The notes: generated by a model not told the origin, from the letters alone. A DNA stretch of 64,000 nt from Tricharina praecox (GCF_024521635.1 NW_026250412.1:806001-870000); one strand, 5' to 3'. Numbered from the stretch's first letter, positions 1 to 13,419 are shown. Made by a program: numbers and translations.

Positions 1-776
1 AGACGATGCGGGCGTTCCATGCGCGGATTCGGACGAGGACCTTCCGATGAGTGACGGTGGAGCTTGTGACGAAGCCGCCGACTCCTGTAACCGTCGCTCA
101 AGGTCTCCTAGGTCCACCGAGTTCTCGTCTCCCTCAGAAAGAAGCCCGGACAGCTTGAGAAGATGTTCCATACGTCCGAGACGATTCTCCAGACCTTCGA
201 TATACTTTGCCCTGGGACCGATCAATCAGCAAGTGTTCATCACGGGCATCGCACAACAACAACCACGACCATCACCACCGGCGCCACCACCACCGGCGCC
301 ACCACCACCGGCACCACCACCACCACCACCGGCGCCACCACCGCGGTCGCGGTCGCCGCCACGACCTCCGGGGGAGCCCACGGGGACCGACTAACCCTTT
401 AGGAGGATTCCTCTTCTTCTCGACCAGGGTGAAGACGCATTCAGTCTTGTAGTTGACGCAGTGGGTGCAGGCGGGGAGTTTTCCATCGCATTTGATCTGT
501 TTAATGTTCGTGAGTATTGGTGTGCTCGGAGCAAGAGGTTCATGACTTGCGGCAGAGAGAGTTATGGCACACTTTCTTCTTCCTGCACATGTCGCAAGCT
601 CTCGCTATCCTACGGCGCTTTGCGCCCTCGGCGCCTCCATCCGATTCCGACGGCGGCGCTGCCGAGTTGAACATGGCCGCCGGCACCGTCGTACCATTGC
701 CGCTCCCCCCGTTTCCCCCGTTTCCGAAGAATTGCTGCACCGGGGAAGGCGTGGACAAATTGACAATATTCGACAT
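1..776 (-). CDS. atrR: Zn(II)2Cys6 transcription factor, AtrR-like (5' part only; continues beyond window start)
   Basis: Exons 776-573, 496-396 and 211-<1, joined by GT..AG introns, give [74 protein letters not shown]. This is a complete binuclear zinc cluster plus coiled coil that I recognise as AtrR-type. Confidence 0.88.
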
Positions 777-2935
777 GCGGCGGCGGGGTAGTAGGAGAAG
801 AAGAGGAGGAGGAGGAAGAAGTAGTGATGGATAATCTGAGACTACGGGGTGTGGCGAGCGAGCGAGCAGCAGCGGCGGCGGCGGCGGTGGGGCGGACGGG
901 GCTGCTAACGTTCTACCTATATGGTGTGCGGCAATGACGGCAGAGCAATCTTTTTTTTTGTGTTTGTGATATTTGGGGGTCGGTTGTGTATGGGTTGGTT
1001 GGGTGGGTGGGTGTGGTGGTGTTGGTTCCTTTTCGACGGCCGGACTTAATGGGATATGGATGGAGAGAGGCGATAATGCAGTGTTTCGTGTCAAAACTCC
1101 GGTACTGACTGTTGATCCCTGACAACTGGTGACATTCGCACGGGTTCGATCCCTTTTTCGTCTCTCTCTCTCTCGGCAAATAGCACAGCCACCGGGAACT
1201 GGGGGGGAGGGGTTTTTGGGGTTCTGGGGGGGTGGTTTGAGGGAGGTTGAGGAGTGGACCAGTAGATTGGTAATTGGGAGTTGATGCGGGAGCGGTTCCT
1301 TCGCAATTTGATGGATGTGGGGCGGCGGGAAGATGATTGTGGACGGGGCCTAGAGGATTTGAAGGCAGGTTGGACAACGGATCTCCGAGTGATGTTGGTT
1401 ACATATAGCGAGAAAGAGACGTACTGGGCTCCTCGATGACTGATGGGGTGCAAAAAGCAAGAGCTGGGTTCAGGTTCAGGGCAGGCTAAGGGGGGGATAG
1501 GGATTGGACGATACGAATACGGGGGTGGTTGTGGCAGGCAGAGAATACTCGGCAAAAAAGGGAAGAAACACTAGGAGTGGGGGGGGGGACTTTGACTGGC
1601 ATCGGGCGGCAGCCGTGGGCTCCGACTGTTTGAATATACTAGGCACCGGGACATGCCAGACGATGCAGACATGTCCTACATACACGATCGGGGAGAGCAT
1701 GATTCCGACATGGTGGATTCTTCTCGAAATATCCCTCTCTGGGGGTGGGGAGGAGCGAGTCTAGAAGGTCGTAAAGAAGCGAGCAGCGCCATCGAGCTGT
1801 GATACATATGCCACAAGAGCCAGTCAGCGTCAAAGAGCAGAGTAGAGTAGGAGGACGAATCCTGCACTTGGGGCCGATGCCGCCGGGTGGACTTACGGAC
1901 TGTATCGGAAGCCGACAGTCGAATCAAACGCTGAGGCGGAGTTCGACCGCTTTCCCCGGAACTTCGGAGTCCGGCGAGGGCGCGGGGGGCCGGGGCCTTT
2001 TTGAGGGAAGCACATGAATATGGATCGAATTTGGCGCAGAAAAAAACCACCATCCAACGGCGAGCAACAGAAAAGAGGGGCGGGGGAAAAAGACATGTGT
2101 CTCTAGAGTACCTGCTACTTACCTAGAGTACCGTACTTGGGTACCTAGCACCCATAGTAGAGCAGAGACAGCCTGGCCTTGTCGGTCTGTCTGTTGCGGC
2201 GTGGAAGGCCCATGGCCGAGTAGAGTGAGTCCTTCCGGCAGTTCATGCGGACGCCGGGTGGGACCTGCCGGCGGTGGGACTTTGGCCGCAACAAACAAGC
2301 GGACGGACGAACAAGCGGACGGACGAACGCTTGTTCGTGCGCGTCGATGCTTCCGATAGTTATCCCACGTTCTTCTCGGAAAATAGACGCGATAGGAATG
2401 TTAGATGTGTATCATGATTCATATCTACTCTCCATCGGTGGAGACTCGAGAGAGCTCCAGTGTCCACTACTGACTGACTGCTGGTAGTACCGTATGTACG
2501 TCGGTTTGGTGCATGATGGCGAGTGGCTGCTCGGAGTCGGCCCTGCAAGCTTGTGCTTGGTTAGCCGGGACGCTGCCTCCTCTGGACGAATCATGGCCAC
2601 AGAGGTGTTCGAACCTCCACGACAGGGCCATGCATGACGACTATGGTACCTACTATGGAGTAGGTGGTTATCCGTGCATCGCGTGTGCAAACCCACCCTG
2701 CCGGGATGTCGAGACTAGCCTCCGCGTCGAGCTCTACTCTAGAGGTACCTAGAGTACCTTGAGTTTACTGAGATCTCAGAGTTCCCCTCCCTCCAACCCG
2801 TCGTCGTCCAAGACAGCTTCTGGAATTCTTCCTGATCCTCTCTCCAGTCTCCACAATACATATCAAACATACTCCACGCGTTCGTCGGACGCCTCCCCAC
2901 TCCCGAGAAAGAACGACATACATATTTCCTCCACC

Positions 2936-4463
2936 ATGGCCACCACCACCACCACCACCACGACGGAGCCCCTCAGCCTCGATGACATCGCGCGGCACCC
3001 GGAAACCGTTAACGCCATCGCGCGGTATGATCCGAAGGAGGCGGGCATGGCCTCCGTCGCCCTCGGGCGAACCGGAGGCCCGATATCGATAGCATGTTCG
3101 CACCCACCGCCCATCCCATCCTCATGACTCGTACGTGCGTACACACATGCATGCATACATTCTATTGACACGCTCGAATGCACTACCTAGACGAGGTTTA
3201 CGGCACGGGCCCGATCCATCTGGTGTGGATCATGGGCTTGAACGCGCCCAAGATCGCGTGGCATAGACAGGTCAAGTATTTTGGTGTCGAACGGGGCGAC
3301 AGGTTTTCCTGTCTGGTGTTCGACAACAGAGGTATGTGCTTAGGAAAGAAGAAAGAAAGAAAAGAAAGATAAAAAAAAAACACCCAGTAAAGCAAACAAA
3401 CAAATCCCGCCCCACTCGGCTCCTACGAAATCGCACATTAAGCTTCGAATATCCACCTAACCGTGCACTACCTACAGGCGCTGGGGACAGCAGCGTGCCT
3501 TGGGCACTCCGCTACAGCACTAGCGAGATGGCAAAGGATGTGTGCGAGCTGTGCGATCACATTGGGTGGAACCGAAAGAAACAACTGCATGTCATCGGCG
3601 TTTCCCTTGGAGGTTATAACGAGCCTGCCTTCACCTCCTTGCTCTTGCATCGTTCGCTGACATGCCTTATCACATCCCAGGCATGATAGCCCAGGAGCTG
3701 TAAGTGCACTGTGCGAGCCAATTCGCGATTCGTCAAGGAGGTTAAACTCGTACGAGAGTGAGAGAGGAATTGACCCAGAGATATGTTGTCTACATACACA
3801 GAGCATACTCAGCGCCCGAGAGGATCGCCTCGCTGACCTTGCAGAGCACAGCTGCCGGGCTCGTATACACAGTTGTGAGTATTAGCCCCCACCAGCGCTC
3901 CCCTTTTCATCTTGGAGTCACTCCGGCTCATCTGTATCCCCCTCCCCTCGCCGCACACACAGCCCTGGTACCAACATCTAGCCAACCGCGCATACATGGT
4001 GATGCCCAAATCACTCTCGGCGCGGCTCGCAGCGGCGAAGCACAACCTATTCTCGACACGCTGGCTATCGGCCCCCGACGACCTCGGCGTGTTCCCGACG
4101 AACGGCGACCGCTTTGCGGCCGAGGAGCTGTGGCGGATGAAGCACCTGCGGCGCCCGGTGTACCAGGGCTTCCTGCTGCAGGGCCTGGCCGCAAGCTGGC
4201 ACTACATGGCCCATGACCGCTTGATGGCCATAGGCGCAAGCGTGGAGAACGTCCTCGTCTGCACTGGCACTGACGACCAGGTCATCGCCCATCAGCACTC
4301 GGATACTATCGTCGCTGGGATCACGGCCGGTGGTTGTATGGTGAAGATGAGACATTTTGAGGGCGTGGGTCACGCTCTCAATTGGGAGGCGCTGGTTGAG
4401 TATAATCGCATGGTCGAGGAATTCGTCACCGAGGCTGCAAACCGCCAAGTCATGGGGGAGTGA
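2936..4463 (+). CDS. Alpha/beta-fold hydrolase
   Basis: ATG at 2936; introns 3096-3190, 3332-3477, 3613-3680, 3700-3801 and 3875-3962. The spliced product has WIMGL, FDNRGAGDS, the nucleophile elbow GVSLGGMIAQEL, GTDD and GVGH; stop TGA 4461-4463. Confidence 0.9.
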
Positions 4464-6823
4464 GGTTGGATTGTATATTGAATATTGGCATTGCCGGAAC
4501 ATTTTCGCACACATACATACCTCATATATACCGATACGTGTCTGCAAGCCGTGTTTCTTTGGATATTGGGTTTTCGGTTGGCTGGATTTTCGGCTGGTTT
4601 GGGTTTTCGGCTGGTTGGTTGGTTGGTTACAGGCCGAGTTTCTTTTCGATATTGGTTTCAACTTTCGGCTCGTTGGTTGGTTGTCTACCTGTGAAAATAA
4701 CCCCCATGGATATATCTACGGTACAAACTCGCCGAAATTTTGACGAGCACCGATCCCGAGCACACACACACTCAGACAACGGGCCGCTCGATCAATACCC
4801 CCACATCCCTCCCCTAATGCACTCATATGTAGCTACGACTCATCATCACTAAAGTGCTAAAGTATCTACCTGTAAACCTGCCGAACCAGGTAACCAGGAA
4901 CTGGGATTCACAATTCAAACTTCTTACATACATCCCACTTGCGGCCTGCGGGGCACCGGGTAGGAGTGCCTTAATGGTGATATGTATGGGTGATATGATG
5001 ATATGGTGATCATATTTACGATTACCTATCCAATTCCAATTCCAAATTTCAATGGGTGATTTTCTTTCCTTTTTTTCCCCTTTGCATTGTATTGTCTTGC
5101 CTGGTCGTGTCTTGTGTTGCGGTGTCTTGCGGTGTCTTGCCTGCCTGCTTCTGCTGCTGCTTCTTCGTGAGTCATGAGTCATGGTGACTCCTCCAGACTC
5201 CGAGGTGGATGGTGGATATATCCATATCTCCGAGACCACTAGACGGTGCCGAATAGGACTTACATGCACGCCGCACGCCGTACGCCGCACACGAGATTAT
5301 ACCTACTAGGCTCTAGCAGCCTTGGTCTGAGCACTGAGCAGTGAGCACGCAAGCTGGAACAGAGCTTTCGTGACTTCACTCATCCTTTCCCTTCCTATCC
5401 TATCCCATCAGTTCCCATCCCATCAATTCGCTTCTACACATGATCCGTAATCGGAGAGACATTCCTCCCCCTCCCTCCCCCCCCCCCCTTCCCCACAAGT
5501 TACAACCACAGTGATGGAGACATTCCCCCTCTCCCCACAACCACATGGAACCTGAGCCTGGGGAGCAAATCGAGAGATGTGTCGAAAGTGAGCAAGACTC
5601 CCGCGCTAACCAATTTACCATATGCACGCTCACGAGTCGCATGTACATATGTACATAATGTATGTATGTACCCGCGCGCGCGCCCGGCATAAGAATCCCA
5701 GACTAAGCCAGTAGGGATCGTCTCCGAACGTGCCCGCCCCCTCAGGCTCGGGGGCGGGGGGGACACGAGATCGGTTGGTCGGTTGGTCGGGGTCGGGGTC
5801 GGGGTCGGAGAAGCAAGGAGGAGAGTCGGGGGCGGGAGCGGAGGGATAGATAGGCCGACTCGTTTCGTGTGGGGGGTCGTATTCACTTCGTCTTCGTATT
5901 CGTGGAGAGTAGGTATGCGGGAAGAGTAGGTATTCGTGTATGGATGTAAGTGTATGGGTATGGGTACCTATAATTTAGAGTTCTTGTGTAATGCCGTATG
6001 GGGGGGGGGATGCGGCCCGCTTTGGGAGTGTTAGGAGTGTCATGACTCCGAATTGTTTGTTTCCTCGCCGGCTGAAGCCTGAACGGGGGAGCCCCCGAGT
6101 CGCACATGGGATATCACCCGCCACGTGCGAGGTCGTCGTACGATAGATACGAATTAGAGCAGGCTGAATGCGGCGCGCCGTGCACCACCTGCTTCTATAC
6201 GGAAATACGGAAATACGGAGACGAATACGTCCGTACTCTGCGTACTTGCTGAATCCGAAGAGTACGGTACTCTACTGGGTATGCGGCCTTTTGCCTGTAC
6301 GTACGTTCCCTGGAGGCTGGCACCCACTGCCGAGTCCCGACTCGGGAGTCGGACCACTCAGACCACCTGAGAGTCGAGAGTCGATGCACACTGCACAGCC
6401 CAAAAGATCGGATGCTTTCTGTCGACTCGGTACTTAAGAAGTAGGTACTAGGTAGGGAGGTGGGGATATTGAACGTCAGTAGTAAGTACGCGTGTAAGCT
6501 TAAGCTTAAATAGACTGTAACGGATGCACTGCACTGTTCAGCGTTTGACACAAATAAGCGTAAGTAAGTAGGTTTCGCTACACATGTCTATACATGCGTG
6601 ACTGCAGGATAGTTGACAGTGGTCACCCGTTTTGAGGCTTGAGGCTTGAATGATTCGGATTTTGTACAAACTTATGTTCTGCTAAATATACCTAGTGGAG
6701 TTAGATGGGAAGTCGGAACTTGGGATGTCGGAACTCGGAACTCGGCACTCAGGCTGCGTCATGGATAATCACTGTGTGCGCTTTCCGCACTGGTGCGCGG
6801 TCGTGTGTTGTGGTGATTTCAAA

Positions 6824-7195
6824 TTTTTCTTTCTTTATGGGTTGATCGTTGATTGCGTGCGATCTAGCTATGATTCTGCCATCCAAGTACCTTGTACTTG
6901 GATCATGGCTTCCGGATCCACCGTCCAACGGTCCATCCCGAATTTCGTCAACTGGCCCGACGTGGCTTCCCCTGTCTCCGGCTGTCTCGCTTCCCGCTCG
7001 GAGTTCCCTCAGCTCCCACTCGAGCTACCTCCGGCGGAGGAGGGCGGCGATGTGTTTTCTGGTCTGAATCGCATATTTCTGGTTGGGTCCGGGGGTGTCG
7101 TGTCTTCATACGACGGCGTCACAGCCGACCGCATTGCAGTCTGTTCGGGATCCGTCCATGAACATTGACAGTCCTGCAAGTTGTGTGCCCTCCCG
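6824..7195 (-). mobile_element. Old, internally deleted non-LTR (LINE) relic
   Basis: The minus strand encodes disjoint RNase H pieces, GLSMFMDGSRTDCNAVG and HDTPGPNQKYAIQTRKHIAAL, then EWELRE. These are collinear with the younger LINE next door and end in a similar 3' tail with an A-rich end. Confidence 0.75.
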
Positions 7196-7210
7196 TGGCT
7201 GGGTTGGTGT

Positions 7211-8983
7211 TCTTTTTTGTTCTTTCATTGATTGCGTGCGACCTATCTAGATCATGGCAATATCATTTACACGTGCCCCCCGTGCACCCCCCCGCGTTTC
7301 CACGCCACTGTCCAGCCCAACTATCGTCAGGCGGCCCGATGTGGCTTCCCCTGCCCTCCGCCCCAGCCGTTCCCAAAGATATGTCTCCGCCGTTCGCACT
7401 CGCCCCCACACCCGCACTCGCGCCCGGGTTCGTCCCCACACCCACGCTCGTCCCCGCACCCACGCTCGTCCGCGCACCCGCACCCGTACTCGCCCCCGCG
7501 CCCTCGAGTCGTCCCACCTCCACCGCAACTTTCTAGTCCGCTATTCTGCGTCGCTGAGCTCCTCAGCTTCGGCACCCTCCTCCTCCTCGAGTCGCCTCAG
7601 CTCCGCTCTCTCTTCCCGCTCCCTGAGCTCCCACTCGGATGCCTCACTTACTACATCTTCCTCGTCGGCTTCTGGCATTCGTCTGCCCACATCGGTGGTG
7701 GAGAGGAACTCTAGAATGGCCTTGCTGCATCGCTCGTTTGCGAAGAGGTCCCGGAGTTTGAAGCGGTCCTTGCCCCTCCTTGTCTGCTTCCGGACTTTTG
7801 CCCAGAGAGTCTTTTGCTGACTTTTCCATTCAGGGCAATTTTTGAAGAGGTGCTCCCGAGTCTGTGTCTTGTAGCGGCACCAGCCGCAGCGGGCATCCGG
7901 GCGGCTCTTGGTCCACTGGAGGTACTGGCCGGTGAGGCAGTGTCCTGTCTTGAGTTGGTAGAATCTTGAGGCGAGGCGCTTGGGGGCCATCTCCGGATTT
8001 GGGTCAGGACGCTGGTCGGGTTTCCGACTGTACCGGTAATTCTTATGAGTGATTCGGTTGACCGCCCATCCCTTGGCTTCTCTCCACTTGGCTTCAGAGA
8101 TGCCGCGTTTCAGGTAGGCGAGCGACGGCGGTGGCAGAGGCCGGGTGCCATACTGGTGCAGGTAGCGGGTCCCCTCCACCCCGCGGGCGGTGGGGTTGTC
8201 AGCTGCCAGCTTAGCCCATTCGTCCGCCTTCTCGTTCCCAGGAACATCTTTGTGTGCCGGGCACCATCTGATCTTAATGGTGATCGCAAGTTCCCTTTGC
8301 CGGAGAGTGGCGATGTGTTTCCGTGCCTGGAGGGCGTACTTTTGGCCGGGGCCAGGTTCATCGTGAGCCATCCTCCTGATAGCAGCTTGTGCGTCGGTGT
8401 AGATAGTAACTCTTTCTAGAACGTAGCGTCGGTGGGCGGCTGCTTCGAGTGCTCGAGCGATTGCTGCACATTCCGCACCATAGGCGTCCTGTTGGAAGCC
8501 CATTTGGACTCTGTGTCCCTTCCATTCGTCGCCGGAGTGCCAGACAACAGCGAAGCCGGCCGCTTTCGAGTCTGTCCGAGATCCGTCTGTGTACATAAAG
8601 AGTCCTGGGGGGTTGTGGGCCTAACGCGTGCGCTTTCGCTGCGACTGCCTCGTCCACGGTGACTGTGCAATCAAGTGCTTGGGCTTCTTCCAGAATCACC
8701 GTCTCTTCCGTGCGTCCAGGGTTTCCCAGAAAAGTGACCAGTCTTTGTCCGAGCTCACTGTCTGCTCCGACCAATTCTCGTGCCTGGTTTCCCTTTGGGA
8801 GGCTGAGGAGCCTGAGGGCAAATCGTCTATCCCTATTGTTGAGTTTTGCCGCTGCGGGTCTCAGTCCTGACTCTAGAATGAGTGCGCCCTGGTTGGTGGT
8901 TCTGAAGCTGCCCATGACCGCTCTGGCTTCTTGGTTGATAAGCTTCTGTAGTTCTTCCCCTCTGCCAATCGTACCCTGAGCTC
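7211..8983 (-). mobile_element. 5'-truncated RNase H-encoding non-LTR retrotransposon (LINE)
   Basis: A perfect 15-bp TSD, TGGCTGGGTTGGTGT, lies at 7196-7210 and 8984-8998. The element has an A-rich 3' end at about 7211-7225 and an ORF2 C-terminal half inside. Confidence 0.92.
7541..8983 (-). pseudogene. LINE ORF2 fragment: post-RT region, RNase H and CCHC-type zinc finger; frameshifted
   Basis: LQKLINQEARAVMGSFRTTNQGALILESGL is in one frame. After a frameshift near 8600-8620 come YTDGSR..AECAAI..YTDAQAA..WCPAH..GNEKADEWAK (RNase H) and CGWC..QTREHLFKNC. Confidence 0.85.
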
Positions 8984-10009
8984 TGGCTGGGTTGGTGTCA
9001 CGTGCAAACCTACGGGTTAGCGAACCAGGCCGCGTGACATCTTGTGAAGCCACGGCGAACGATATCATATGTAGGCCGTGGGAATCGAGATCTATCATTG
9101 ACTGCTTGCACCAAAATCCGACTTTGCGATGATTCGGCTTATGTGTGTTTAGCGCCGAAGCGATATAGTGTAGAGTACATTACTGGCGAAAACAGCAGAG
9201 ACGCTGGTCAGTGGGGATTTTCTAGGTATATGACGGTGTCAAACTTTAGTCGCCCGGAGGCGGAGAGGTCGGCACTAATAAGGTTTCGTGGTGGATGGTC
9301 CAGGCCGAGTCTCGACCGCCGCGATGGACTGTCTGTCGACGAGTATATGGTTACGCAGCGACGGCCACCTTTAGGCGGCACCTTAGTCTTAAAGAGAGGT
9401 CTCGGCGTCTCGCCGCGGACGATAGGTTCTTCTGGTTCTGTATCGAATGAATTACCTATCTCTTTCCGTCTACATAATCCAAATATTCCAACGGACGGGT
9501 TCGCCAGCAGCCAACGGCGGCTGGTTGCCATCAGTACGGTACTGAGGTATTGAGCTCGATAATCGGTTGCGAACTGGTTAATCGGCCATGAACGCACACG
9601 GGACTCAGGCACCTATCTAAACATGCCTACATCGAAACCACGTCTACCTTCTAGACTGCTGCGATTGTGGAGAGCGTCGAGCGAAACATTGGCGTTGGGA
9701 CGAGACTAGCTACGTACGAATAAGGTGGAAGCTGTAACTTGCAGCGTACGTCGTCACATGGCCGCCCCTCCCCGCCCCTCTCCGCCCCTCTCCACCCCGC
9801 CCTAACCCCGCCCTAACCCCGCCCGCCCGCTCCTCCCCCTCCCCCGCTCGTCTTCCTCTCCCTCCCTCCCTCCCCACCACACCAAACTTCCCCGCCGCAG
9901 ACACCACCAACATCTGCACAGCTATCAAGAAGTAAGCAGCCCATCCACCGCCCGCACCTCGCCCGCACCCTGCCTGCACCTCCCCCAGTACACACTACAA
10001 TCTAGCACC

Positions 10010-11135
10010 ATGTCCACCCTGAACATGAACCGACCGCCGCCGCCAGCACACCGCCATCCCCTCATCCACCCGCGCACAGCATCGGCTCCGGAGCTCGGCT
10101 CGGGCCGGTCCAGACTTTTCCCCGGCGACACCCGGCCCAGGCTTGCGCTGCGCAATGCCTTGTCCAACCTAGCGCCCGCCCCCGCCTGGTCTAGACTAGC
10201 GCTCGCGCCCGCCCCGCCGCTGGTGCGCCGCCCGGCACCCTCTCTCCCGCACGCAGCAGCGACCCCAGCGTTCGGCTTGGGCCGCGGTCAGCTGGCACCC
10301 GCCTACGCTCCGCCGCTGGTGCACCGCATCCACCCGTCGCTCCCACACGCAGCAGCGACCTCGGCGTTCGGCTTGAGCCACGGTCAGCTAGCACCCACCA
10401 ATGCTCCGCCGCTGGTATGCCGTCCCCCACCCTCTCTCCCGCACGCAGCATCGACCCCGGCGTTCAGCTTGGGTCTCGGCCGAGGCGCGCTTATCCCCGT
10501 CAACACTCCGTCAAGACCCGCCGTCAATGCCCCGCTGCTGTCGCACGGCTTTCCCCCGGCTCTCCAACGCACAGTATCGACCCTGTCGTTTGGCATGGGC
10601 CGCGGCCGCGGAAATCGTGTGCTCGGCAATGCTCCATCCAGGCCCTACAACTCCCCGCCCTCACTCCCGCGAACAGAATCGACCCCGGCGTTCGGCTTAG
10701 GACGCGGCCGAGGCGAGTTTACCTTTGCCACTGCCCCGCCCAACGCCCCAACCGAACCGCGTGCCGACCGCCGCTACTGGGACCACAACAGGAACCCGTT
10801 CAACTTCAAGGATAACCACTTATTCAAGCATCCGAAGGTTTTCACAGGTATGTGTACAAACCGGCCCGCCTCCTTTCTGTCTCCTCTAACGGTACTGCAC
10901 AGGCAACACTCGCCTCCTGCTTTGGCCCGTCACCTTCCCCGGCAACGTCGACGAGGTGACTATGGAGCATTTGTGGTTTCTTCTGCCTCATTTCCCGTTC
11001 CGCTGGGAGCCGACCGGAAAGGTTATGTGTGAGGGCATGGGCTGCGTTCTTACTTTGAAGAGGGCGATCATTGCGGTAAAGGCAGGAGGAAGAATAATGG
11101 TTGAAGTCAAGGTTTGGAAGGAGGATGAGTGGTAG
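10010..11135 (+). CDS. Hypothetical protein with about 32-aa Pro-rich repeats ending in FGLGRG and a small C-terminal domain
   Basis: ATG in a CACCATG context; intron 10848-10902 (GTATGT, CTAAC branch, CAG). Exon 2 stays open to TAG 11133-11135. Confidence 0.65.
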
Positions 11136-11323
11136 AGTGGGAGCGACTGGTCAGTGGAGCGATTAGGCGACTGCCAGTTTCCGGGATGTAGGCTTTTAGA
11201 TAGAAGTCATGTATCCTTTTCTATTCAAGTCGCAACGTTCATGATCAATAAAATCAATGCTCTCCACAATCCACAAGTTTAATGCATAAAAAACAAAGTA
11301 ACGTACAGTACAGCATGGTATTT

Positions 11324-12429
11324 CTAATCCTTCTTCGCTCCCTTAACCTCCAGCTCATGTCCCATGAGCGCACCCAACCCTGGAACCACCTTATTAACCA
11401 GCAGCTGGTACTCCTTGTAGTCGGGATACTTCGCCGCGGTGATGCTCTCGGTGAAGATAGTGCTCCCCAAGAAAATGGCACAATACGCCATAACGCCCAG
11501 GCCGCTCCAATTGTACATGGTATCAGTCTTGAGGCAAGCCCACTGGTACACGCCCAGCCAGATCGCCTGCTCACACGCAAAATTCGGATGTCTCGAGAGC
11601 GCCCACAATCCAGTGACCACGAACCCGCGGTCGAGGTCCTCCTTCGCGAACCCCTCGGCAACCGCGCCCGTCTCCTTGTAGCTCTTTTTCGCCTGCTGGT
11701 ACGACCACTGCTGCTGGTCGGCCAGCGCCTCGATGCACAGGACGATGACGAGCCCGCGCGAGAAAATCGTGTCGACGATGTCGGTGGTGGCGCTCTCGGG
11801 GAGCTGCGAGTATAGCAGCATGATGTACAGCGGACAGGTGATCGCCATCAGCGTGAAGCTCTGGAATAGCGAGATGAAGCCCAGGTTAAACACCGGGAAG
11901 AGTGCCGCCGGGATCTTAGCACGGAGGACCTCCCAGCGGTAGTCTTCGTGGCCGTATTGGTAGCCGCCTTTGCGCCAGTAGTTGAACGTGAGGCGGGCCT
12001 GGAGCCAGTGTCAGCGGGAGTGCACAGCAGCGGGGCTCGAAGGGGGGCTTTTTCACGTACACCCCACAATCCGATGAACGTAGCAAGCGTATCCACGCGT
12101 TCCGATGGGATCCCGTGGAGGTGTGTCCACGCCGCGTAGTGCCCCGCGTAAACGACGGGGAGGAGACTCCACAGGCGGTCGACCTGGCTACAGTTGCGGG
12201 TGATCTCGCCGGCAACGAGAACGACGAGGGAGACGGCGAGCGCGAAGAGCGCGGCGCTTATGACTGGGTTTGTGGCGAGGTACCATTGCGTCGGTGCGAT
12301 CTCGCCGCGCAGGAGCGGCAGCACGTGTGCGGGCGTTAGTTGGCGGAGGTATGGATATACTGTTACGGTGAGGTCCGTACAGTCCACCAGCGAGGAGACC
12401 GTGGGGAGCGCGGCGATAGAAGCGGCCAT
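11324..12429 (-). CDS. DUF1295-family (steroid 5-alpha-reductase-like) membrane protein
   Basis: Intron 12060-11999. Motifs NCSQVDRLWS, RLTFNYWRKGGY, EDYRW, ADQQQW, GLWALSRHPNF and KYPDYKEYQ. Confidence 0.9.
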
Positions 12430-13189
12430 GGTGCGGATGAGGTTCTTCGTCGGCGGACAAGAGAGGACACCGTTCGATATAAGATGAGGTGCGGTTGACT
12501 TAGGGTTGATACCATGATGTCATTTAAGGCAGGTGAGGGACCTTTAGGGGATCTACACTATATCAAGAGGGCTTAGCATGAGATGTAACTATGCGCCTTG
12601 TGCTTGGCAGCTATCGGAGGTGGCCGCGATGGCTGTTGCTAGACTTCTGGAACAGATCGAGCGGCGGGCCGCGGACCAGGGAGGCAAGGCCCCATCGCTG
12701 CAACGTTGCATTTATTCCGATACTCATGTGGATTTACGGATCCCCTGCATCGGAGACATGATGGTCTCGATTCGAGCACTCCATTACGTTCATACTTCCG
12801 ACATTCATCTTCCCGAGAATGAGAAGGATAGATACTCTAGAGAGTATGGACGGCACCACACTCGAATGTGGATGGTAATAACTAGTAGCAGATGCTCGGG
12901 TGCTGGGTGCTAAAGAGGCTATAGCCGCTTGATAAATTGCTTGGAGTAGGGCGCGATAATCACGGTTTCTTCATGGAAGCTGTGCCAATAAATTATCAAG
13001 GCGCAAGTCGAATTGGTATGGGAGTGCTACACAACAGGGAAGAAACTGTGGATGGGTGCCGAGAGGGCTCATGCCGATTGTTGATTTTGATTCGAGACGT
13101 CCCTCTGCGCGAACCGGGTGGCATGAGTGGGAGATCTCGAAATGCGACGGATGCATGATTGCCAAAACATTCAGCAACTAGAGTACCTA

Positions 13190-13351
13190 CTGTATAGTGA
13201 AGGGGAGGGTAAAAAATACGCTTTGTGGCCGTACCGCTACGGAAAAAAGCGTATCGATACGGTGAAATACGTATTTTGACCGTATTTCTACGCTATTTGA
13301 CCGTACCGATACGCCAAAAAGCGTATTTTTTACCCCCCCTTCACTATACAG
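13190..13351. mobile_element. 162-bp MITE flanked by TA (Tc1/mariner-type target)
   Basis: About 40-bp terminal inverted repeats (CTGTATAGTGAAGGGGAGGGTAAAAAATACGCTTT..., one indel and one mismatch); TA at 13188-89 and 13352-53; no ORF. Confidence 0.8.
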
Positions 13352-13419
13352 TACGCACAAGCGGAAATCCCACAGAAAGCGGGATACCTATGTGCTGGAA
13401 TACAGCTACCAGGAGCTTA

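Noticed and set aside
47-452. Plus-strand Pro-, His- or Thr-rich ORFs
   Set aside because: They are antisense to the atrR-like gene and arise from the (GGT/GGC)n repeat in its second intron.
9044-9612. Overlapping 169-aa and 134-aa ORFs next to the LINE
   Set aside because: No recognisable motif, non-ATG starts and no splice support; left unassigned.
9797-9825. CCCTAACCC telomere-like motifs
   Set aside because: Only two interrupted copies within a C-rich promoter tract; not an interstitial telomere or a convincing telomerase RNA template.
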